Positions 57,513 to 64,000 of a DNA stretch of 64,000 bases are shown here, in pieces. The translations under genes and the position numbers were made by a program. The DNA comes from Chitinophagales bacterium (GTDB lineage: Bacteria; Bacteroidota; Bacteroidia; Chitinophagales; Chitinophagaceae): assembly GCA_031539345.1 (NCBI GenBank), contig JAVKMO010000013.1, forward strand, positions 1,276-65,275, given 5' to 3'. Numbering within the stretch: position 1 is the first letter of the stretch; every line of letters begins with the position of its first letter. A model generated the notes under the pieces. That model searched no databases. It had not been told where the DNA came from and was given only the letters and a program-made list of their open reading frames with translations.

Positions 57513-59252
57513 TTAAAGTTGTTTCATGGTGATATAAAAAACTTTTTCTAAGGCTTTTTCTGTCCACCATTTTTTTCCCATTGTAGTCATTCGGTGCGTT
57601 TGCCATTTTGTTGTAGGAAAAAGTTGGGTATGGTTTTTACCTTCTGGTATTAGAATGGGTAAATTGAAATCTAATTGACATTGTTCCCAACGAAAAACAA
57701 CTTCATCATTTTTGAAATAATACGTCAATTCGGGAATCTTGTTTTGTCTTAAATACTGATTGAATACGGGTTGGAAATTGTAATGATAAAAATGACAAAA
57801 TTCTTTTTCTATCATTTGTGTTGTAACAATTTCATGGTAAAATTTTTTATTTAAATGGCGTAAAAATTGTCTGAATTTTTCATCGTCATAAGTTGCATTG
57901 CGTAGCGTATGAATAAGATTTCCGCCTTTGTAATACATATCTCCATTACTCTCTTCATTGATGCCATAATTGCCAATGATGGGTTGTTTATTTCCAATAT
58001 TATTCCGAATGCCAAAACAATATTCATTGCTTGCTTTATGCCCAGATAAATATTCTGTAAATAAAGTTTCACTATAATTTGAAAACGCTTCATGCACCCA
58101 TAAATCAGCACGGTCGGCGACACTGATATTATTTCCAAACCATTCGTGTCCTGTTTCGTGAACTAATATAAAGTCCCACAATAAGCCCCATTTTGTTTTG
58201 CTTAAATCTTTGCCTTTGTATCCATTTTTATAGCCATTGCCATAAGCAATTCCGCTTTGATGTTCCATCCCCAAAAAAGGCGTTTCTATAATTTGATAAC
58301 CATCTTCATAAAAAGGATACGCCCCAAACCAATATTCAAAACAACGTAAAATGGGTTTAATGATTTTGAATTGCTGCTTTGCTTTTTCTATATTGTGGTG
58401 TAGCACCCAATAACGTAGTGAGAGCAAGCCTTTTTCTCCTTGAAAAGTGTCTGAAAAATGAGCAAATTTTCCAATCGTAAAATTGATGTTGTAGTTATTG
58501 ATAGGGTTTTTGACTTGCCAATTCCACGTCGTTGTTTTTGTGTTTTCGTCAGTACTACTTTTTATCAATGTGCCATTTGAAACTGCTGTTAAAGTGTCTG
58601 GCGTAGTAATTGAAATGTCCATTCCTTTGTTCGGTTCGTCGCTCAAATGATCTTTACAAGGATACCAAAGCCAAGCTCCTTGCCCTTGACAAGCAACAGA
58701 AATAAAAGGTTGTTGTAAAGAATCGGTTGTCCAAATTACGCCACCGTCCCAAGGTGCATTTTTTGCTTCTTGTGGTTTTCCATGATAATAAATGCGAATC
58801 TTTTTTTGTTGGTGCTTTAAAATACTTTTTTGAAAAACTATGAAATTGGTATTTGTATCTTTCTTAAATACAATGGGAATCAATTTTGTAATTCTTTTTT
58901 TTGAAAATACTTCGACTTCAAAAACGCTGTCAATGTGCAATTTTTCGTGTAAATCAATTTGCATGATATGCCCCGTTTGTATGGCATTAAATTCTATTTC
59001 AACGCTTCCAATAATTGTTTTATTTTTTATATCTGGCGTAATGGCAATGCCATAATGTTGCACGTCCCACCAAGTTCGGTATCGATTCAAACTGCCTCTT
59101 AAACTGTCTGATAATGTGTATTTTTTTTCATGTTCAGTTGGTTCTAAATTATTTTTATTGGACTGAATAGGTTTGCTGAATAAACTATTGATAGAAATCA
59201 ATAATACCCACGATATTGTAATAAAATGAAAAATGAAATAGCGATTGGGCAT
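57513..59252 (-). CDS. M1-family zinc metallopeptidase (aminopeptidase N-like)
   Basis: 579 aa with a signal peptide. LGMEHQSG (GxMEN-like), HETGHEWFGN (HExxH), then WVHEAFSNY (third zinc ligand Glu). Confidence 0.85.
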   Translation of the reverse strand: MPNRYFIFHFITISWVLLISINSLFSKPIQSNKNNLEPTEHEKKYTLSDSLRGSLNRYRTWWDVQHYGIAITPDIKNKTIIGSVEIEFNAIQTGHIMQIDLHEKLHIDSVFEVEVFSKKRITKLIPIVFKKDTNTNFIVFQKSILKHQQKKIRIYYHGKPQEAKNAPWDGGVIWTTDSLQQPFISVACQGQGAWLWYPCKDHLSDEPNKGMDISITTPDTLTAVSNGTLIKSSTDENTKTTTWNWQVKNPINNYNINFTIGKFAHFSDTFQGEKGLLSLRYWVLHHNIEKAKQQFKIIKPILRCFEYWFGAYPFYEDGYQIIETPFLGMEHQSGIAYGNGYKNGYKGKDLSKTKWGLLWDFILVHETGHEWFGNNISVADRADLWVHEAFSNYSETLFTEYLSGHKASNEYCFGIRNNIGNKQPIIGNYGINEESNGDMYYKGGNLIHTLRNATYDDEKFRQFLRHLNKKFYHEIVTTQMIEKEFCHFYHYNFQPVFNQYLRQNKIPELTYYFKNDEVVFRWEQCQLDFNLPILIPEGKNHTQLFPTTKWQTHRMTTMGKKWWTEKALEKVFYITMKQL

Positions 59253-59393
59253 ATAAAAATGAGGGTTGATAGAGAACCAAGAAATTGTAACGAATAAAAT
59301 TATTTTTCCCCACTATTATTTTCTTTCTTAACAAAAAAATGGATACTATTTTAGACTTCATATTTTAATCAACCGACATTTTAATTTTCAACT

Positions 59394-59801
59394 GTGCCTC
59401 ATTCTCCGCTTCATATTTATATCAATAGTTTTTCTTTTAAAAAAGGACTTCCCCAAGATGAGACCGAACACGGCGGCGGTTTTATTTTTGATTGCAGGTG
59501 GATTGATAATCCTGGCCGCATAGACAGCTATAAAAAACTCACTGGTAAAGATCAAGCAGTGCAACAATTTTTGCTTTCACAAACAGAAATGCCCTTTTTT
59601 TTAACACAAACACAAGGCTTATTAAAACCTGTTATCGACAAATACATACAACGTGATTTTGCTTATTTGGCAATTCATTTTGGATGCACAGGCGGGCAGC
59701 ACAGGTCTGTTTTTGCGGCTATTGCAACACAACAATTTATTCAAACACATTTTCCTGACACTACAATTCATGTAAACCATAGAGAGCAATCTGCTTGGTG
59801 A
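59394..59801 (+). CDS. RapZ C-terminal-domain-only protein
   Basis: 135 aa, GTG start with an in-frame TAA 4 codons upstream. YINSFSFKKGLPQDE, FIFDCRWIDNPGR and HFGCTGGQHRSV match the C-terminal (RNA/sugar-binding) half of RapZ. No P-loop domain is encoded. Confidence 0.65.
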   Translation: MPHSPLHIYINSFSFKKGLPQDETEHGGGFIFDCRWIDNPGRIDSYKKLTGKDQAVQQFLLSQTEMPFFLTQTQGLLKPVIDKYIQRDFAYLAIHFGCTGGQHRSVFAAIATQQFIQTHFPDTTIHVNHREQSAW

Positions 59802-59836
59802 TTTTTTTATTGATTATTTTTTTTCTTTTTCTAACT

Positions 59837-62701
59837 ATGTATTCATTCCCTTTTTCTCCTCGACACATTGCACCAAAACAAGAAGACCTTAAAATAATGC
59901 TCAAAACAATTGGTGTAAAAAATTTGCAACAGTTAATACAAGAGACGATTCCCGCAGACATTCAACGCCAAACTTTTCAATTAGACAAACCTAAAACAGA
60001 ACAAGAATATATTAAGGCGATGCAAAAAATTGCAAGCCAAAATAAAGTCTATAAAAATTTTATTGGACAAGGATATTATGGCACGCATACGCCGCCGATT
60101 ATTTTGCGTAACATTTTTGAAAACCCTTCTTGGTACACGGCATACACTCCTTATCAAGCAGAAATTAGTCAGGGTAGGATGGAGGCGATTTTGAATTATC
60201 AAACCATGGTTGCCGACCTTACGGGCATGGAAATTGCCAATGCGTCTTTGTTAGATGAAAGTACGGCGTGTGCCGAAGCCATGACAATGGCAAAACGTCT
60301 TGTTCAAAAAAATCATACAGCAGAAAAAAATAAATTTTTTGTAGATGAAAATTTATTTCAACACAATAAAAATGTTTTGATTACACGTGCTGCACCTTTA
60401 CAGATTGAATTGGTTTTTGGAGACTATAAAACAGTGCCGATTGACGAACATTTTTTTGGTGGCATTGTACAATATCCTAATCAATACGGTAGCGTAGAAG
60501 ACTTTAGCCTTTGGATAAAAAAACTCCAACAAGTTGGTGCATTGAGTGTTGTTGCAACAGATTTACTCGCCTTGATGTTACTCAAAAGTCCTGGAGAAAT
60601 CGGCGTTGATATTGCTGTTGGTAATAGTCAAAGGTTTGGTGTTCCCTTAGGTTTTGGAGGACCTCACGCCGCTTTTTTTGCAACTAAAAAAGACTTTATA
60701 CGAGAAATTCCAGGGCGCATTATTGGAGTTTCTGTTGATGCAATTGGCAATATTGCTTATCGCATGACATTGCAAACTCGCGAACAACATATCAAAAGAG
60801 ACAAGGCAACATCTAATATTTGTACTGCACAAGCACTCCTTGCTATCATGGCTTCAATGTATGCAGTGTACCACGGTAAGGCAGGATTATTATTGATGGC
60901 ACAAAGTATTCATCATTATGCGTATCAATTTCAACAGTTTTTGCAACAACAACATTATACGCTTGTAAATACAAATTTGTTTGATACAATAACGATAAAA
61001 ACAAATGAACAGTCTCCTTTTCAAGTTCAACAAATAAAAGAGCGTGCGGCACAAGCAAAAATGAATTTGCATTTTCATAACCATGATACCATTAGTATCA
61101 GCTTTGATGAAACAACAAATGTCAGTGATGTTGTTTTATTGAGTAAAGTGTTTAGCAACCAAAAAATTGTTTTAAAAAAAATCAATGCAAAAAAACCGAC
61201 TGTGTTTTTAGCACAAGATTTAATACGCAAACGAGACTGTTTAACGCATCAAATTTTTCATCACTATACTTCAGAAACGGCACTTTTGCGGTATATTAAA
61301 CACTTAGAAAATAAAGACTTGTCTTTAGCAGATGCCATGATTCCACTTGGTTCTTGTACTATGAAATTAAATGCAACAAGTGAAATGATCCCCCTTTCGT
61401 GGAAAGCATTTACTGACATTCACCCTTATGCACCCTTAGAACAAGCACAAGGTTACATGACGATTATCGAAACATTGAAAAAATATTTACAAGAAATAAC
61501 AGCTTTTGATGACATTAGTTTTCAGCCTAATTCTGGTGCACAAGGTGAGTATGCAGGCTTGATGGTAATTAGAGAATATTTTAAATATCACCAACAAACA
61601 CAGCGTCATAAAATTTTAATTCCTGTTTCGGCACACGGCACAAATCCTGCAAGTGCAGCAATGTGTGGCTTTGATGTGATTGTGGTGCGTTGCGATGAAA
61701 AAGGCAATATTGATGCCATTGATTTGAAAGAAAAAGCAGAACAACATCAAAATGAATTAGCCGGCTTAATGATTACCTATCCATCAACACACGGCGTGTA
61801 TGAAGAAGGCGTTCGAGCGATTTGCGAACTTGTTCATCAACATGGTGGCTTAGTTTATATGGACGGTGCAAACATGAATGCACAAGTAGGACTAACTTCT
61901 CCTGCACATATTGGAGCTGATGTTTGTCATTTGAATTTGCATAAAACATTTTCTATTCCACACGGCGGTGGCGGACCAGGTATGGGACCGATTGGCGTGA
62001 ATAAAAAATTAGCTCCCTTTTTACCTCAACACCATTTGTTGCCAAAAACCAATAACGACAATACACTTGGAGCCGTTTCTGCCGCACCTTTTGGCAGTGC
62101 TTTGATATTGTTGATTTCTTATGGATATATTCAATTACTCGGAACAGAAGGGTGCAAAAATGCCAGTGTTTATGCCATTTTAAATGCAAATTATATCAAA
62201 GCAAAAATTCAACATGCTTTTACGCCACTTTATGTTGGGCAAAAAAATAGGGTAGCGCATGAGTTGATTTTAGATTTGAGAGAATTTAAAAAAACAGCCA
62301 ATATCGATGCAATAGATGTTGCAAAGAGATTGATTGATTTTAGTTTTCACCCGCCAACATTAGCTTTTCCAGTTCCTGGAACAATTATGATAGAACCAAC
62401 CGAAAGCGAACCCAAAGAAGAATTAGACCGTTTTTGCGACGCTTTGATTTGTATAAGAAAGGAAATTCAAGAAATTGAAGAAGGTCAATACCAACAAGAT
62501 GACAACGTGTTGAAAAATGCCCCACACCCAATTCAGAGTATTGCAACAAGTGATTGGCAAAAAAAATACACTCGCGAAAAAGCAGTCTATCCACAAAAAT
62601 ATTTGCAACAAAAAAAGTTTTGGCCTCGCATTGCTCGTATTAATGATACGTATGGCGACAGAAATATTTTTTGTACTTGTCCCAGTTTAGAGCTGGAATA
62701 A
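59837..62701 (+). CDS. gcvP: glycine dehydrogenase (decarboxylating), glycine cleavage P protein
   Basis: I prefer the ATG at 59837 (MYSFPFSPRHIAP...); the track start at 59795 adds a hydrophobic artefact. PLP-Lys region CHLNLHKTFSIPHGGGGPG. About 950 aa, single-chain form. Confidence 0.95.
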   Translation: MYSFPFSPRHIAPKQEDLKIMLKTIGVKNLQQLIQETIPADIQRQTFQLDKPKTEQEYIKAMQKIASQNKVYKNFIGQGYYGTHTPPIILRNIFENPSWYTAYTPYQAEISQGRMEAILNYQTMVADLTGMEIANASLLDESTACAEAMTMAKRLVQKNHTAEKNKFFVDENLFQHNKNVLITRAAPLQIELVFGDYKTVPIDEHFFGGIVQYPNQYGSVEDFSLWIKKLQQVGALSVVATDLLALMLLKSPGEIGVDIAVGNSQRFGVPLGFGGPHAAFFATKKDFIREIPGRIIGVSVDAIGNIAYRMTLQTREQHIKRDKATSNICTAQALLAIMASMYAVYHGKAGLLLMAQSIHHYAYQFQQFLQQQHYTLVNTNLFDTITIKTNEQSPFQVQQIKERAAQAKMNLHFHNHDTISISFDETTNVSDVVLLSKVFSNQKIVLKKINAKKPTVFLAQDLIRKRDCLTHQIFHHYTSETALLRYIKHLENKDLSLADAMIPLGSCTMKLNATSEMIPLSWKAFTDIHPYAPLEQAQGYMTIIETLKKYLQEITAFDDISFQPNSGAQGEYAGLMVIREYFKYHQQTQRHKILIPVSAHGTNPASAAMCGFDVIVVRCDEKGNIDAIDLKEKAEQHQNELAGLMITYPSTHGVYEEGVRAICELVHQHGGLVYMDGANMNAQVGLTSPAHIGADVCHLNLHKTFSIPHGGGGPGMGPIGVNKKLAPFLPQHHLLPKTNNDNTLGAVSAAPFGSALILLISYGYIQLLGTEGCKNASVYAILNANYIKAKIQHAFTPLYVGQKNRVAHELILDLREFKKTANIDAIDVAKRLIDFSFHPPTLAFPVPGTIMIEPTESEPKEELDRFCDALICIRKEIQEIEEGQYQQDDNVLKNAPHPIQSIATSDWQKKYTREKAVYPQKYLQQKKFWPRIARINDTYGDRNIFCTCPSLELE

Positions 62702-62778
62702 AATCGCCTTTCAACGATAACAATTAGAATACAACTGTATCTTTCATTTTTACCTTTTTTCTCATCGCTAATTATTTT

Positions 62779-63315
62779 ATGGATATTTTATTTCTCATTT
62801 TACAGATAGGTTCTTTTATTTTACTCGCCATCACCTTTCTTCTGATTGTAAAACAGAAAAAAAACATTTCTCCCACTCCAATTATTCCACAAACACCAGC
62901 TCAAACAATCATTAAAAACCCAGATAAAACGGCATTAAATTACAAGTTACAAGCCTATGAACGCTTGATTTTATTTTGTGAAAGAATGTACCCGCCGCAA
63001 TTGATTTTAAAAACATACAACGCAAATTTTAGCGTAAAAGAAATGCAAGCCATTTTAAATGAAACGATTCAAAAAGAATTAGAACACAACATTACACAGC
63101 AAATTTACGTCAATCATAAAGTATGGAAATGGATGATAACCGTAAAAGACAACCACCTTTTTGCCATCAATGCCATAGCTGATGGAAGTAAAAATTTGTC
63201 GCCTGCGATGTATGTCAAAAAAATCATAGAATATTATGATGGCAATGAATTGAGAGAGCAACATTTATTATTATTAGACGCTATTCAGCAAGAAGCAAAA
63301 TTGATTTTAAAATAA
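62779..63315 (+). CDS. hypothetical N-terminally membrane-anchored protein
   Basis: 178 aa with one N-terminal TM helix. No family recognised. Confidence 0.5.
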   Translation: MDILFLILQIGSFILLAITFLLIVKQKKNISPTPIIPQTPAQTIIKNPDKTALNYKLQAYERLILFCERMYPPQLILKTYNANFSVKEMQAILNETIQKELEHNITQQIYVNHKVWKWMITVKDNHLFAINAIADGSKNLSPAMYVKKIIEYYDGNELREQHLLLLDAIQQEAKLILK

Positions 63316-63321
63316 ATCCGA

Positions 63322-64000
63322 ATGATAGAAGTCAATCATATCAGTAAATCTTTTTCAGGAATAAAAATTTTAAAAAATATTCATACCACAATGGAAAGTG
63401 GAAAAATGAATATGATTATTGGAAAAAGTGGTGGCGGAAAAACGGTATTGATGAAAATTTTGTTAGGGTTATTTGAACCCGACGAAGGAGATATTTTATA
63501 TGACAACATTTCCTTTTCTAAGGGAACAAAAGAACAAAAAAAACAATTGATGTCAAAAATAGGAATGGTCTTTCAAGGGTCTGCTTTGTTTGATAGTATG
63601 AGCGTTTTGGAAAACGTGATGATGCCTTTAAACTTTTATAGTAAAGATAAATACAACGTCAAACTTCAACGTGTAAAGGATAGTTTGAGTCGCGTGAATT
63701 TGACACAAGCCATTGAAAAAAGAACGAATGAATTGAGCGGAGGAATGAAAAAAAGAGTTGCTATTGCAAGAGCTATTATTTTAAATCCAACTTACTTTTT
63801 TTTAGATGAACCAAATTCTGGTTTAGACCCTCAAACGTCTATTCTCATTGATCAATTGATACACGAATTGACCACAGAAAAAAAGATGACCACGATTGTC
63901 AATACGCATGACATGAATTCTATTTTAACGATGGGCGACAATATTAATTTTATGTCGCAAGGAAGTTTATTGTGGCGTGGACATCATTCTCAAATTGAAC
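63322..64000 (+). CDS. ABC transporter ATP-binding protein (MlaF/Ttg2A-like), 3-prime end outside the window
   Basis: Open frame from the ATG at 63322 to the window end; not in the track because there is no stop. Walker A GKSGGGKT, signature LSGGMKKRVAIARA, Walker B FFLDEPNSGLD. Confidence 0.85.
   Translation, partial: MIEVNHISKSFSGIKILKNIHTTMESGKMNMIIGKSGGGKTVLMKILLGLFEPDEGDILYDNISFSKGTKEQKKQLMSKIGMVFQGSALFDSMSVLENVMMPLNFYSKDKYNVKLQRVKDSLSRVNLTQAIEKRTNELSGGMKKRVAIARAIILNPTYFFLDEPNSGLDPQTSILIDQLIHELTTEKKMTTIVNTHDMNSILTMGDNINFMSQGSLLWRGHHSQIE

Noticed and set aside
57484-57606. N-terminal 41-codon extension of the 1009-aa ORF-track call
   Set aside because: It would overlap the 3-prime end of the M1 peptidase gene by 94 nt and puts non-signal sequence ahead of a clear signal peptide. 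The ATG at 57483 is preferred.
59795-59836. N-terminal extension of gcvP (MVIFLLIIFFLFLT)
   Set aside because: It is a hydrophobic translation of a T-rich spacer. GcvP is cytoplasmic, and the canonical N-terminus begins at MYSFPFSPRHIAP (ATG 59837).
1-64000. Search for tRNA, rRNA, tmRNA, SRP RNA, riboswitches, transposases, integrases or phage genes
   Set aside because: I inspected the intergenic spacers by eye and found no tRNA-like T-arm/acceptor patterns or conserved RNA motifs. No ORF shows recombinase or transposase motifs. Without covariance-model scans, absence cannot be proven.

Overview
Visibly AT-rich chromosomal segment of Bacteroidota type. Markers are a SusC/SusD pair, the gldKLMN gliding/T9SS operon, a long-form NagB and an S16 with a C-terminal extension. 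Most of the window is ordinary core gene content: nagB/ROK/SusCD locus, hisH-hisA, gldKLMN, smc, frr, rny, rocD, tpiA, ppc, pnuC, rluD, rpsP, sucC, nadK, an M1 peptidase and gcvP. There is one clear accessory region, about 45.9-50.6 kb, between rluD and a short DHODH-like gene. It holds three gene blocks: a GNAT-like gene with a 52-aa ORF, a complete type II m5C restriction-modification system, and a 4-TM protein with a frameshifted SRPBCC gene. The blocks are separated by ~136-bp imperfect-hairpin repeats. The outer tip of each repeat is the exact reverse complement of the tip of the neighbouring repeat, not of its own other arm. That is the signature expected of integron-type cassettes (G|TT crossover in attC sites). 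No integrase is present in the window, so it resembles a CALIN (cluster of attC sites lacking an integrase). This is my main candidate for something new. I could not support any tRNA, rRNA, CRISPR array, transposase or phage gene. All family assignments rest on motifs read from the translations and on memory of the families; no searches were run.
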